DNA of 64,000 nucleotides from contig CAVTLK010000002.1 of assembly GCA_963735595.1 (NCBI GenBank), positions 704,001 to 768,000 of the forward strand, read 5' to 3'. This stretch comes from an uncultured delta proteobacterium (GTDB lineage Bacteria; Desulfobacterota; Zymogenia; Zymogenales; Zymogenaceae). Both the position numbers and the translations under genes were made by a program. Shown here piece by piece: positions 23,251-34,286 of this stretch (its first letter is position 1; every line of letters starts with the position of its first letter). The notes under the pieces were generated by a model. That model saw only the letters and a list, made by a program, of their open reading frames with translations. It was not told the DNA's origin and did no database searches.

Positions 23251-23313
23251 TATATTATAAACCTCTCAACAGGGACTTGTTTTGGGGGGGCAGGTCAATA
23301 GATAGATAAGGGA

Positions 23314-23481
23314 TTAAATGCCATCCAGCAGTGGGGAATCTTTATCGGTTAAAGGATCAACCGCAAACTTGTATTTCGCCTTTATTCTGAAGAAATTCTT
23401 ACCGCCGGATATCCCGATTTCAAGGTAAGTACGAGCATTTACCGCGCCGACTATTTTCTGGATCAAATCCGACCTTTTCAT
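23314..23481 (-). pseudogene. Truncated class I SAM methyltransferase N-terminus (55 aa)
   Basis: MKRSDLIQKIVGAVNARTYLEIGISGGKNFFRIKAKYKFAVDP with GGGGAG RBS; ends just before an IS-like end at 23284-23297. Confidence 0.6.
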
Positions 23482-23687
23482 TACTCCCCCTTTCGGTTGT
23501 AGTTGAGGGTCTGGGAACGCTTGATGGAATGAGAGGTTGAGATTGAATCAATCCTGATCTCGTAATTATGCGTTTCAACAAGCCAACAATAGGGCATTTT
23601 TACGAATTGTATTGAGAATGTCGATTTATCTCCGAACCGGCCCGACTGTTCCCTCACGGCTGGTATCGTCAAAAGAAAAAGGCCGCG

Positions 23688-24287
23688 CTAAACCTCGCCA
23701 TTTTCGACCGCGCGCAGGAAGGTTTGAGTATCGGTACTCAGCATAAAAGGGATAGCCCTGCCAATTCGTTCGTCATCCCAATCCCACCAGCGTATCTTCA
23801 GAAGTCGATCGACTATTTTTCTTTCGAACCGCATCTTAACGATTCGTGCCGGATTACCAGCAACGATGGCATAGGGGGGGACGTTGCGGGTTACAACAGC
23901 CCGCGCGCCCACGACCGCCCCGTCGCCGATGCGCACTCCGGACAAGATGATCGCTTCCGCACCGATCCAGACGTCGTTGCCGATAATAACGTCACCCTTG
24001 GACGCCGGGTGACCGGAGATATGACGGTAGTCCCCCCAAATGAAATTAAAAGGAAAAGTCGTTATCCAGTCAGTGCGATGCTCTCCTCCGACGAAAACCT
24101 GAACACCCCGTGCTATCGAACAAAACGATCCTAACTCGAACATACCATCAGTCGCCGCAGAGCGTCTAATCCGCAAGTCGCCGTAGGACCATCTGCCAAT
24201 ACTGTAACGTGCGGAGTATCTCTCATGTACAGTCTTCCGTTTCTTCTTGAACGGATTCCGAGTTATCTTTTCCAGAAGGTCCTTCAT
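23688..24287 (-). CDS. CatB-related hexapeptide O-acetyltransferase
   Basis: IGNDVWIG, DGAVVGA, VPPYAIVAGNPA, WWDW. Confidence 0.9.
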   Translation of the reverse strand: MKDLLEKITRNPFKKKRKTVHERYSARYSIGRWSYGDLRIRRSAATDGMFELGSFCSIARGVQVFVGGEHRTDWITTFPFNFIWGDYRHISGHPASKGDVIIGNDVWIGAEAIILSGVRIGDGAVVGARAVVTRNVPPYAIVAGNPARIVKMRFERKIVDRLLKIRWWDWDDERIGRAIPFMLSTDTQTFLRAVENGEV

Positions 24288-24386
24288 ATCGTACTTTTCC
24301 TAAAATAAACTAATATCCGGGTACGTATCACGGGGTACCTCTCGAAAGAGTCACCTCTAAGATATGGGGACGAGTACCAGTACCTG

Positions 24387-25553
24387 TTACGTAGAGAGAA
24401 CCCGCTCGTATATCTCCTGGAACATCCTGGCGTTTTCGATTTTGGTGTATTGCGTATAGACTTTCCGGGAAACAGCCAAGGCCTTTATCCGGGCTTTCTC
24501 CGGGAAATAGCATGACACGGCCGCCGCCATAGCTTCGTGATCTCTCGGATCGTCGAGCACCCGTCCCATTATTTTGGATTTAACGAACACGGACGCACCG
24601 GCGTTCCTGGTCGTTACTACCGGAAGCCCCGACGCTATTGCCTCAAGGATGACGTTGCCGAAAGTATCGTAAAACGTCGGCAGGAGAAAGATATCCGCGG
24701 CGGCGTACAGTGGTACGATGTCTTCTACGTAGCTCATAAATACAACGCGGTTCGAAACACCGAGGCGTTCGGCTTCCTTCCGGTATGGACGATCGTCGTC
24801 CCTGCCTGCGATAACCAGCCGAAACGGTTTCTTGACCCGTCTCTCGAGGAGCGGCAACATGCGGATTGCGGGAAATACACCCTTGAGCCGGTAGTTGTTG
24901 GTCGCGGTCAGGATCATGATCTCGTCTTCGGCAAGACCCAGCTTTGCCCGCGCCGATTCGCGGTAACGGTCGCGGTTTTGGGGTTTGAACCGTGCGATGT
25001 CGATACCGTTGTAAATAACCTGGATGCGGTCGGCTTTAACACCGTGAAACCGCATAATATCGTTTTTAACCTTGTCGCTGTGGGAGACAATAGCCCTGAC
25101 TCCCGAATCCCGGTACTGCTGCCTCTGGAGTGAGAGGATGAGTTGCCTGCGCGGGGATAGGAACCTGACGATACGGCCACAGAGCCGGGCCGGTACCGAC
25201 TCGCGGGACTTGTCGTCTGCATCAAACCAAGCCTGTTCGACGCCTGTATGGGAATTAAGCACCGTTACTCCCGGATTATGCCCGAGACCGTGGACGATGT
25301 CGTAATCCTCTTTCTTGACGTGTTTCTTGATCCCCCGCACAAACGTCAGGAGTCTCAGGAACTTGGGATGGCCGATCGTCGGGATTTCGTGAACGACGAT
25401 GTCCTTATGTGAGGAGCTACCGCGACGGCAGAAGACGTGCAGCTCGTGGCCGTCGTCCGTAAGGCTTTCCGCTAAATACTGAGTATACCGCTCAACGCCC
25501 CCCGACCGGGGGTCGAATTTATCGATAATCAGGGCTATCTTCAGTTTCTTCAT
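24387..25553 (-). CDS. Glycosyltransferase family 4 (WaaG-like)
   Basis: GGVERY, IYNGID, YDTFGNVILEA.ASGLPVV. Confidence 0.88.
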   Translation of the reverse strand: MKKLKIALIIDKFDPRSGGVERYTQYLAESLTDDGHELHVFCRRGSSSHKDIVVHEIPTIGHPKFLRLLTFVRGIKKHVKKEDYDIVHGLGHNPGVTVLNSHTGVEQAWFDADDKSRESVPARLCGRIVRFLSPRRQLILSLQRQQYRDSGVRAIVSHSDKVKNDIMRFHGVKADRIQVIYNGIDIARFKPQNRDRYRESARAKLGLAEDEIMILTATNNYRLKGVFPAIRMLPLLERRVKKPFRLVIAGRDDDRPYRKEAERLGVSNRVVFMSYVEDIVPLYAAADIFLLPTFYDTFGNVILEAIASGLPVVTTRNAGASVFVKSKIMGRVLDDPRDHEAMAAAVSCYFPEKARIKALAVSRKVYTQYTKIENARMFQEIYERVLST

Positions 25554-25853
25554 ACTGTCCTGGTATCCTCGTGCCGGGTAGTGCCGGCAGCGTAATACCC
25601 AACACCACGTATTTGTTTCCCGCCGGACCGATGGCGGCCGGGTCCGCGACCTCCGACGTTGGCGGGAGCGCGGGCGCCGGTTTTGCCTAACCACGTAACC
25701 GTATCATTTTTCGGCCGGGGCGAATTCGACTCTCAAATACAACAGGTTGATTAAAGAGTACCTCAGCAGGTGTTTAAAAGCAAGACGTTTTCCTGGACCT
25801 CGGCTTACCTCTCTTTTCGGCTGGTAAAGCCGCACCTGGTAGTTGAACCTGCG

Positions 25854-26804
25854 CTACACGTTGTCGTTCGTCCTCTGCACATAGAAGCATGCCTGATCAC
25901 CGTTGCGGTTATTATTTAAGACTGTTGCCATCTTGACGTAACGGTTTATTTCATTTCTTGAGAAATCTGATCGCTTTAGTTTTTTTAAAGGTATACCTTT
26001 CTTATAGCCTTCGCTACCCAAGAACTGAAATCTGGAGGAATCATATACGACATATTTCTCATGAAGGTTACATTTCTTTAAAAGCAATCTAAAGCTTTCC
26101 AATGTATGTAAAAAAAGATGCCTCGGAGCATCTATTTGTACCCAGTTTTCCCTATAATGATGCCATGCGTATGAAGACGCTATCGGTATGCGAATGAGCG
26201 CGTATGCATTGGGTGATAATAAATCATATATCTTGTTTAAAACCCTTTCCGGTTGGGGCATATGTTCAAAAGAATGACTTAAGACTATTAAATCATATGT
26301 ACAATCCTGTATGTCGAAGATTTCTTTTTTATAGATATTGATATCTTTATACTTAATATCATTGTCAATAAAGGGATCGACACCAGTTAAATCAGTAAAG
26401 CCGGAGTCAAGCAATTTTTTTAGCAGGCGACCTGAACCGCAACCCACATCTAATACTCTCATGGAAAAATCTATGTCAATTTTCTCTAACCACGTTACAT
26501 GCTCGGGCTTTTTCATTCCTAAGGACAGTATCCTACTAAGTATGGTACGTTTATCTAACCAGTATTTAGACATGTGTCGAAGGCGGAGTTTTTTCCATTT
26601 TGAGCGTTCAGCCTTAACTTTAAACGAGCAGTAGTTATCCGGGTAGTACTTCGACAAATCATGAGGTATACTTGCCAGCTGCAAGCATCCACAGTTTGAA
26701 CATTCAAGATATTCAAATTCGTCCTTGGTCCCGAAGTGCATCTCTTTGACAACGTAAGTACTATTATTTTGCTTGTTTCCACATATATTACACCGAATCT
26801 CCAT
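25854..26804 (-). CDS. Class I SAM methyltransferase with N-terminal Zn-ribbon
   Basis: CNIC..CSNC, VLDVGCGSG, HSFEH, DAPRH; AT-rich. Confidence 0.85.
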   Translation of the reverse strand: MEIRCNICGNKQNNSTYVVKEMHFGTKDEFEYLECSNCGCLQLASIPHDLSKYYPDNYCSFKVKAERSKWKKLRLRHMSKYWLDKRTILSRILSLGMKKPEHVTWLEKIDIDFSMRVLDVGCGSGRLLKKLLDSGFTDLTGVDPFIDNDIKYKDINIYKKEIFDIQDCTYDLIVLSHSFEHMPQPERVLNKIYDLLSPNAYALIRIPIASSYAWHHYRENWVQIDAPRHLFLHTLESFRLLLKKCNLHEKYVVYDSSRFQFLGSEGYKKGIPLKKLKRSDFSRNEINRYVKMATVLNNNRNGDQACFYVQRTNDNV

Positions 26805-27080
26805 TTGAACCTCGCGAAAGACTACTCAAACTATATAATAAGTGCTTAGAAGCGTGATCCATAGAGGTGCTTGTGGTTTTCAGAAACAAATAGTCGGGAA
26901 GCTATCCGGCATATAGCTTAAACCTAACAAAAATTTAATGGCAAAACTGTCTCATATACTACTGCATAAGGCTCGCTTTTTCAAGATGAAAATAGGCATC
27001 CGGGCCGGACCGAGGAATCCAGGAATGAGAGAACCGCTGTTCAGTCGATAGGGCGGTATAATGCAAACTACGCGTGCCTG

Positions 27081-27262
27081 AGACCTGTCCCCCGAAAATG
27101 AGCCCATGTTAGAAGCAGGACCCCGGCACAATGCCGGAGTTATTTATTGACGACGAACGTGATAAAGGGGTCTCTCCTCAACTGCTTGTCTTTTCTACAC
27201 GTAACATGTCCCCGCTACCGGCATCATCAGGGACTCACGCAAAGGCGTGAGTCCTTTATTTT
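27081..27262 (+). repeat. Degenerate IS-left end/arm plus att-like repeat R6 (27209-27262)
   Basis: AGACCTGTCCCCCGAAAATGAG...; TCCCCGCTACCGGCATCATCAGGGACTCACGCAAAGGCGTGAGTCC. Confidence 0.85.
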
Positions 27263-27418
27263 GATCTCCGTATTCCTATAACGATTAACAAAATGATATC
27301 AAGAAAGACTTTACAGGCAGAATGAAGAAGTGCTATAAACCAGAAAGGGATAGCATTCTTCCGTCGTAAGGAGAAGTCATCGATATCTATAAAAAATCAT
27401 TTAACAAGGAATAAAACC

Positions 27419-28585
27419 ATGAATGCCCACGAACGAGTACGTGCCGCCCTGTCTCATCAGGAACCGGATCGCGTTCCCACGATCTCGTGTATAGATGTCC
27501 AGAGCCATGTCTATGAGATTCTTGGGGGAAAGCCGGACAACTCATACAAGTACATCACCAACCCCTTCACCGCGAAAATTATCGATTTCACATCCCCGGT
27601 CTTAAACGCGTTAAACGTTTTCGATCGGGACGTTACCGAGTTTATGCTCAAGAAACTCGAATCGGATGTCATCATGGGATATGATGCCACATGGGCGATA
27701 TATGCCAACATCTTTCTCTTTAAAAACTCGAAATACATGACCGATATCTACGGCGGGCGGCTCTATAAGATCGCGGATGACGGCCACGGCAATATGGATA
27801 CTCCCATGTATCTGGATGGGACGTTCCAAACTCCCGATGATTGGCGGCGTTTCAATAAGAAAAGATGGGAGGCGCTCCCCGACAAGATGTTTCAATTCAA
27901 CACGCTTATAAATAAAAAATTCGGAAAAGATATCTATATCTTCGGTTCTCTCTTCATGGGCCTCTTCGAAAACGCCTGGCAACCGTTCGGTTTTGCCCGT
28001 TTTGCCCGCTTCGTAAAAAAAGAGCGGGCGTTTCTCGAAGAAATCATCGAATACAGCAAGAACATCTACCTCAGGGTCATCGACGCCATCGCCGATGCGG
28101 GTCTTCCCGGTTTTATCATGTCAGACGACATGGCGTATAAATCAGGCCCCATGCTAAATCCTGTAACCACCGATGAGCTATTCGGCTACGCCTACCGGGC
28201 GGTCAACGATTATGCCCACAAGAAAGGCCTTGTAACTATCATCCACACCGACGGCTGGACGATCCCCCTGCTCCCGTATTTCGTCAAATGGGGGTTCGAC
28301 GGTCACCACTCACTCGAGCCAACCGCGCACGTTGACCTCGGAGAGGTCAGGAAAGTGATCGGGCACAAGCTCTCTCTGCTTGGTCATCTCGATATCGCCC
28401 ATGTCCTCTCGTACGGTTCTAAAGAAGAGGTCTTCGAGCATGTTCGGGACTCCATACGGAAGGCCGGCGCAGGCGGCGGGCTCATCTTAGGCCCTTCCAA
28501 TTCCCACGCCGATATCAGGGTCCAAAATATCCGGTGGATGATGGAGGCGATCGATACATACGGAAGATACCCACTCTCGCTATGA
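27419..28585 (+). CDS. Uroporphyrinogen decarboxylase family protein (paralog of 15771)
   Basis: ERVRAA..QEPDRVP, DGHGN, DDMAYKSGP, HTDG, KWGFDG shared with the paralog. Confidence 0.8.
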   Translation: MNAHERVRAALSHQEPDRVPTISCIDVQSHVYEILGGKPDNSYKYITNPFTAKIIDFTSPVLNALNVFDRDVTEFMLKKLESDVIMGYDATWAIYANIFLFKNSKYMTDIYGGRLYKIADDGHGNMDTPMYLDGTFQTPDDWRRFNKKRWEALPDKMFQFNTLINKKFGKDIYIFGSLFMGLFENAWQPFGFARFARFVKKERAFLEEIIEYSKNIYLRVIDAIADAGLPGFIMSDDMAYKSGPMLNPVTTDELFGYAYRAVNDYAHKKGLVTIIHTDGWTIPLLPYFVKWGFDGHHSLEPTAHVDLGEVRKVIGHKLSLLGHLDIAHVLSYGSKEEVFEHVRDSIRKAGAGGGLILGPSNSHADIRVQNIRWMMEAIDTYGRYPLSL

Positions 28586-28749
28586 ACGCGCGGTACGTAG
28601 AATTGTCGCGGTATCGCGGCATCGGGTATTTTACTCAGGATCATACGGTTTCCGAAACCATACTCGCCGGGTTTTAGAATAGGGCTCACAAGAGCTGAGC
28701 CTATGGCTAACCCGGATATCGTACCGCTCCCGGCGCGGGTAAGTGCACA

Positions 28750-30621
28750 ATGAATCCAACACTGCGGAGATTACGAGGAATCGTAAGAAAGATCGTCGCG
28801 CTCCTTTGGGGATGTCTGCGTTCTCTCAGGAATCCTTTCAGGATCGCAAAAAGATGCGGATACCTGGCGAGTCGGTTCTATACTGAGATGAGGACCAATG
28901 GGGCACTATCCGCAGTTCTCCAGATACACCGGTTTATCGCGATACGGGTAACCGCAGGATATACCTATAGAGATACCTTCGACGCGAAAAAAATCCGCGA
29001 TACGATTCAGGACTTCACCTGCCGGCCCCTCGTAAGCATCATCATGCCCGTCTATAACGCCGACCGCAAATGGCTTGTGTCCGCCATCGAGTCCCTCAGA
29101 TGTCAACTGCATGAGAACTGGGAGCTATGCGCGGTCGACGATGGGTCCACAAAAGGCCATGTCAGAAAGACGCTCACCAGGTACGCCAGGAAGGACAAAA
29201 GGATCAAGGTCCGCTTCCTGGTCGAGAACACCGGGATAGCCGGCGCATCCAACGAGGCCCTGTCGATCGCATCGGGCGATTTCGTCGGGTTCCTCGACCA
29301 CGATGACGAACTTACTCCAGATGCCCTATATGAATCGGCCAAGGCCATTAACGAAACGGGGAGGGACCTTTACTATTCCGACGAAGACCATATAGCGAGA
29401 AACAATGAATATGCGACCCCATACTTCAAACCGGACTATTCCCCGGATTTCATCCTCTCCAGGAACTACATCACCCATTTCGTCGTCTGCCGGAAATCCG
29501 TGATCGACAAAATCGGCGGATTCAGGAAAGGATTTGACGGCGCACAGGATCACGAGCTGCTCCTGAGGATACTCGAAGGAACAAATACGGCGCATCATAT
29601 CCCGAAGGTGCTCTACCACTGGCGGGAACACCCCGGATCGGCCGCGGCAAGCCCGAATGCGAAACCGTATGCCTGGGAAGCGGGCAGAAGGGCCGTCGAA
29701 GCGGCCCTGGAAAGGAGAAACATAAGAGGAGAAGTATCGCTCGGTATAGAGCCCGGGATCTACCGCGTCAGGAGGCACGTAGCGGGTAATCCGCTCGTCA
29801 GCATCGTAATCCCCTTCAGGGATAAGCCGGGGTACCTGAAGGGCTGTCTCGATTCGGTTCTGGAACGGTCTTCGTACGCCCGGTACGAGATCATCGGTAT
29901 CGACAACGGGAGTGGCCTTGGAGAGACACGGGACCTGATCGATTCGTACCGCAAGATGGACGGGAGGATACGGTTCCTCGAGTATGACGTCCCGTTTAAC
30001 TATTCCCGTATCAACAACTACGGCGTGAACCAGGCGAGGGGAACGCACATCGTCCTTATGAATAACGACATCGAGATCATCGCGCGCGACTGGATCGAGG
30101 CGCTGCTCGAGCACACACAGAGGCCCGAGGTCGGGGCCGTGGGGGCAAAACTCTACTATCCCGACAATACCATACAGCACGCGGGCGTAGTCGTCGGCTA
30201 CGGGACGTGCGGGGCCGCCCATTCCTTTTACCGTGATGGGAGGGATACGGGCGGTTACTTCGGGAACATAAACTGCATCCATAACGTTAGCGCGGTGACA
30301 GGAGCGCTAATGATGGTACGAAAGGAGGTCTATGAGGCGTCGGAAGGTTTGAACGAGACCGATTTTCCCGTGGCGTTCAACGATATCGATTTTTGCCTGC
30401 GCCTCATCTCAAAGGGACTGCTGAACGTTTTCACTCCGTACTGCGAAGCGTACCATCACGAGTCGATCTCGCGCGGATATGATGACGTGCCCCGGAATCA
30501 GGAGAGACTGGAGAGAGAATCGGAGGCATTCAAGGAAATACATCGAGAGATTCTCGGCAGGGGCGACCCGTACTACAATCCAAACCTGACGCTCACCGGA
30601 AAGCTCTGGGACATGAAATGA
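28750..30621 (+). CDS. Two-domain glycosyltransferase family 2
   Basis: SIIMPVYN, FLDHDDEL, GAQD, FNYSRINN, AFNDIDFCL. Confidence 0.9.
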   Translation: MNPTLRRLRGIVRKIVALLWGCLRSLRNPFRIAKRCGYLASRFYTEMRTNGALSAVLQIHRFIAIRVTAGYTYRDTFDAKKIRDTIQDFTCRPLVSIIMPVYNADRKWLVSAIESLRCQLHENWELCAVDDGSTKGHVRKTLTRYARKDKRIKVRFLVENTGIAGASNEALSIASGDFVGFLDHDDELTPDALYESAKAINETGRDLYYSDEDHIARNNEYATPYFKPDYSPDFILSRNYITHFVVCRKSVIDKIGGFRKGFDGAQDHELLLRILEGTNTAHHIPKVLYHWREHPGSAAASPNAKPYAWEAGRRAVEAALERRNIRGEVSLGIEPGIYRVRRHVAGNPLVSIVIPFRDKPGYLKGCLDSVLERSSYARYEIIGIDNGSGLGETRDLIDSYRKMDGRIRFLEYDVPFNYSRINNYGVNQARGTHIVLMNNDIEIIARDWIEALLEHTQRPEVGAVGAKLYYPDNTIQHAGVVVGYGTCGAAHSFYRDGRDTGGYFGNINCIHNVSAVTGALMMVRKEVYEASEGLNETDFPVAFNDIDFCLRLISKGLLNVFTPYCEAYHHESISRGYDDVPRNQERLERESEAFKEIHREILGRGDPYYNPNLTLTGKLWDMK

Positions 30622-30810
30622 GGCATTGACGAGCAGCCACTTCCCTGAAAACTGCTATTGAAGCTTGCAGTGATCCGTTCCCCCTGCAAATGCGTCCCTA
30701 TCAGGAATAAGCCCACAACACAATGCGCGGGGGGTCATTTGAGGTTCGCGATAAGGTCGTCGGCTTCGGCATTATCTCGTTAAAGATGTTTCCTTCTTGG
30801 CCGAATCATG

Positions 30811-30863
30811 TCCCCGCAACCGGCATAATCAAGGACTCACGCATGAGCGTGAGTCCTTGATTT
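30811..30863 (+). repeat. att-like repeat R7 (preceded by degenerate arm containing GGGTCATTTGAG)
   Basis: TCCCCGCAACCGGCATAATCAAGGACTCACGCATGAGCGTGAGTCCTT. Confidence 0.88.
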
Positions 30864-31010
30864 ATAGGTGACGTACGGGCCGCAATATGATACCGTAGCG
30901 CGGGCGGAAAACGTCTCCCGGGTCTAAACCTCACAACTCCTTGAAAAACACGCTCCGGCAGCTTATGCCATCCGGATGAACCGGCATACGCCTGCCGATC
31001 AATATAAACG

Positions 31011-31820
31011 GTGAAGCCACGAATGAATAACGAAATGACATATCAGGCTGACCTGATAAAGATGGAGGAGTATCAGCGTATATTTGCGCGGTACAACCGT
31101 ATCAAGCGGTCGTATCTCCGCTGGTATTTCCGGCTCTATCACCGGCTCGATGTTATCGGCCTCCACAACATCCCGGAGGGCGCGGCGCTGATTGCCGCCA
31201 ATCACGGCGGCGGGTTTGACCTCGATATTATCTCGCTCGCCTATTTCGCCCACCCGGACCGACCGATTCACCCGCTCATCGCGCAGGAGTGGCACTACCT
31301 GAACAGCGCCTGGGGGCGGTACGGCGTCGGCACCGGTATCCCGCTCCGGACGCGGGGCGGCATCCGGTGGGAATACATCGAGCCGTACCTTTCCGCGAAC
31401 GGCAGCGGCTATCCGGGCCTCGTCGCCATATTCCCGGAGGGCAACTCGAGCACCTTTTCGCGACGGCGCGTGCTGGGGACATTCTTCCCCGGCGTGGTCA
31501 GGATCGCGCTCAGGTACCGGGTCCCGATCGTCCCGGCCGCGATGGTCGGGTTCTCGCTGGCCTCTCCGATACTCAAGGAGATCGAGCGCGACCACACCGC
31601 AAACGACGTCATCTGCACGCCGTTCACGTTTCCGGTCAAGCTGAAGATAGAATTTGGTAAGCCCTTGGATCTGAGCGACTATTACGGCATGAACTTGAGC
31701 CGGGCGGAGGAATACTGGGTGGCCAACGAGGTCGTGCGCCCGAGGCTGGCCGAGCTGTTGGGCCGGCACACGAAGGTGGAGCCGGCGAAGGTGGATGCCG
31801 AGATGAGAAGGCCGAAATAG
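31011..31820 (+). CDS. Lysophospholipid (PlsC-like) acyltransferase
   Basis: ANHGGGFDLD, IFPEG, VPIVP; start uncertain. Confidence 0.8.
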   Translation: MKPRMNNEMTYQADLIKMEEYQRIFARYNRIKRSYLRWYFRLYHRLDVIGLHNIPEGAALIAANHGGGFDLDIISLAYFAHPDRPIHPLIAQEWHYLNSAWGRYGVGTGIPLRTRGGIRWEYIEPYLSANGSGYPGLVAIFPEGNSSTFSRRRVLGTFFPGVVRIALRYRVPIVPAAMVGFSLASPILKEIERDHTANDVICTPFTFPVKLKIEFGKPLDLSDYYGMNLSRAEEYWVANEVVRPRLAELLGRHTKVEPAKVDAEMRRPK

Positions 31821-31914
31821 CCCGGTTCGGCTTATAGGCGGTGGTTTAAGATCACGAGAAACGGGGCGGCTTTTGGGCCGCCCCTCTTTGCTTGTACACG
31901 GTTATTGAGATGTA

Positions 31915-32796
31915 CTATTTAGAGCTCATCGGCTCCAGCTTCGGCTCGATTACCGGGGCGGGGGCCGGGGCGGGAGCTACTGGCTTCGCGCAGAGGTCAA
32001 ACATATAGCCGAAGCCGGTCTCGAGGCCCCAGCCGTCGGCGAAGTCCGAGCGTCCCTCCACATTGAGGTAGAGCCGGTCGTTGAGGAAGTAGTCGGCCCC
32101 GGCGTAAATGCCCCACGGGTGCTTCAGCTCGTAGTCGAACTCGTTGCCGCCGGGAACTGTAAACTCGGTATGCATCCGCGCCCAGGTGTAGTCTACGCCG
32201 GCGTAGGGCGTCAGGCCGGTGTCCCCGATATGCCAGCCCGCGTGGAGGTCCGCGGTCAGCCGGTAGATGTCCGTGCGATAAACGTCGCCGGTGTCATAAG
32301 CTGAGATAATGGGGGGGAACGGCACGGTTTCGATACTTACCCAAATGGCGGCGCTGTAATCGGCGGGGCGGGTATGCGTGAAGAGCGCGCCGCCCCCGAC
32401 GTAGAGGCCGCTGTCGGACCGCCAGAACGTCCCCCTGGCGCCGATCCCCCACATGAACGAGTCGGCCCATTCGGTCTTTTCGCTGGCGTACAAGTAACCT
32501 ACGCCCGGGATTACAACGCTCAGGGAGTCCTCCATCGTGAAGCTCTCGCCTCCGGCCAGCGCCACGAGCTCGACGTTGTCCAGGATCCCCCAGTTGACCT
32601 GCGCGTAATAGCGGTGGGACGAAATATCCGGGCTCGTAAAATCCCAGTCATCGGTTTCCCACGTCGAAACGCCGTACCCGTAGCGGAGCTGGGGCAGGAG
32701 CTTCCCCCCGCCGACCGTGTCGCTCCCCTCGCCGGCGAATGCGGACATCGATAGAACCGTCACCAGAAGCGCGGTCAAAAAAATCTTCTTACACAT
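31915..32796 (-). CDS. Outer-membrane beta-barrel protein with Pro/Ala tail
   Basis: Signal peptide, alternating aromatic beta strands, GYMF then PAPAPAP tail. Confidence 0.7.
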   Translation of the reverse strand: MCKKIFLTALLVTVLSMSAFAGEGSDTVGGGKLLPQLRYGYGVSTWETDDWDFTSPDISSHRYYAQVNWGILDNVELVALAGGESFTMEDSLSVVIPGVGYLYASEKTEWADSFMWGIGARGTFWRSDSGLYVGGGALFTHTRPADYSAAIWVSIETVPFPPIISAYDTGDVYRTDIYRLTADLHAGWHIGDTGLTPYAGVDYTWARMHTEFTVPGGNEFDYELKHPWGIYAGADYFLNDRLYLNVEGRSDFADGWGLETGFGYMFDLCAKPVAPAPAPAPVIEPKLEPMSSK

Positions 32797-33263
32797 CCAG
32801 CATGCCTCCCTGTCACAAGAAAAAGAACTGCGGTAGTAAACGTCCGATTGTTCCCGACATATCAGGAAGGATTATCGACTCCCTGCGAATAACAAATCTG
32901 ATTGAAGGGCCGCACGTGTGGGTGGATCAAGGTGTTTGAACAGGGGGCTCTCCGGGGTCGGGAAACGTCGCTATTAAAATTGACTAACAGTAAGCAGATT
33001 TACGAGGGAAGTCAAGAAAAAAGCAGGTAAAACATTGCTCGCGTGAATGGGGATAAGCACAACACGGAGATTGATACTGTCTCCTAAATTTTGAGTCCAT
33101 GCCAGTTGTCATGTTACGGTACGATACACGGGTTGTTGGACTATTCCGGGAGTCGGGACTTTTTCCGGATTTATCTTGACAATGTGAGAATATCAATATA
33201 TGTAATAATCGATAGAATATTTAATCATACTAATGGCTAAACCTAAAACATAGGAGTATTGGA

Positions 33264-33899
33264 ATGAAACGGAGTCGTAGTATTCTTATTTATCTAGCCT
33301 TGACCGTATTCCTCAATGGCTGTGCGTTGGGAGTAACTAAATTGCAGGTTACGCATGACCCACTTGTACAGGTTGAGAAGAAGAAGGAAGGAAATATTCT
33401 TTTAAAGGAGTTTAAAGACACGAGGGAACCAGATAAGACTGAATATATTGGGAATAAGAGAAATACATTTGGCATGGTCCTCGGTAATTTTGATAGTACG
33501 GAAACGCTTGAACCATTATTGACGAAGTATTTTGCCGAGGCATTAAAAAACGCCGGATATAACGTTACAATTGAAAATCTAAAAGAGGGATCGGTACCGC
33601 CAGATTTTAGTGCAGATGCAATAATTGAGGGTGAAATATCCGATTTCTGGTTGGACCTCTATATGGCGGTATGGCAAGACATTGCCATTTCAATTAAGAC
33701 ATTGGAAAAAGATACAAATGAGACGCTGTGGGAAAAAAAGTTCGTAGGAGAGGAAACAAATGTATTGTGGGTTGGGGTAAATTCGGAATTTGAAAAAGTA
33801 ATAAGGCAAGCGCTAACCAAAGTGCTTAACGAAGCCACTAACGAATTCGCATCCGATGCGTTCTATAACAGTATAGAGACAAATAAAGAAACCAAGTAA
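33264..33899 (+). CDS. AT-rich lipoprotein (YajG-like)
   Basis: Lipobox LNGC; D.R, IG.KRN.FG; AGGAG RBS. Confidence 0.65.
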   Translation: MKRSRSILIYLALTVFLNGCALGVTKLQVTHDPLVQVEKKKEGNILLKEFKDTREPDKTEYIGNKRNTFGMVLGNFDSTETLEPLLTKYFAEALKNAGYNVTIENLKEGSVPPDFSADAIIEGEISDFWLDLYMAVWQDIAISIKTLEKDTNETLWEKKFVGEETNVLWVGVNSEFEKVIRQALTKVLNEATNEFASDAFYNSIETNKETK

Positions 33900-34286
33900 G
33901 CAAACAACGAACAAAAACCAATTCGCGTCTTATCGGTAAGGCGACTGTTTAGGATGAACTGCCCATAGAAGAGATTCCATCTTAAGAGTTATGGGTACAA
34001 TGCGCGCGGTCATTTTGATGCAGCGTTTTCGTTTGATTTCCGCTCGTGAATACGATACTATCATTGCCAAAACAGCGGCTGAGCCACGGATGGGATATAA
34101 AATCACGCCGTTCGGAGGCGCTGGAATAAGTGACTCTATGCCGGCTCGTGATGCGTGACGTTTTTCCCGAAACGAAAAGCGCTTTATAACGGAAGTAGCC
34201 TGCCAGGCAATCAAGCACAAATCACCCGATCCGTTCCGGCTATTATGAAGCGTTGATCCATAACCTTAAACCAGAGGGAAGAGGCA

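Noticed and set aside
23688..24287. Chloramphenicol/streptogramin resistance call; likewise a beta-lactamase call for 37442-38692
   Set aside because: Only family-level motifs are visible; glycan-cluster context and NylB-like features favour other functions.
33900..33960. attC-like site after the AT-rich lipoprotein gene
   Set aside because: No convincing paired R boxes or palindrome.
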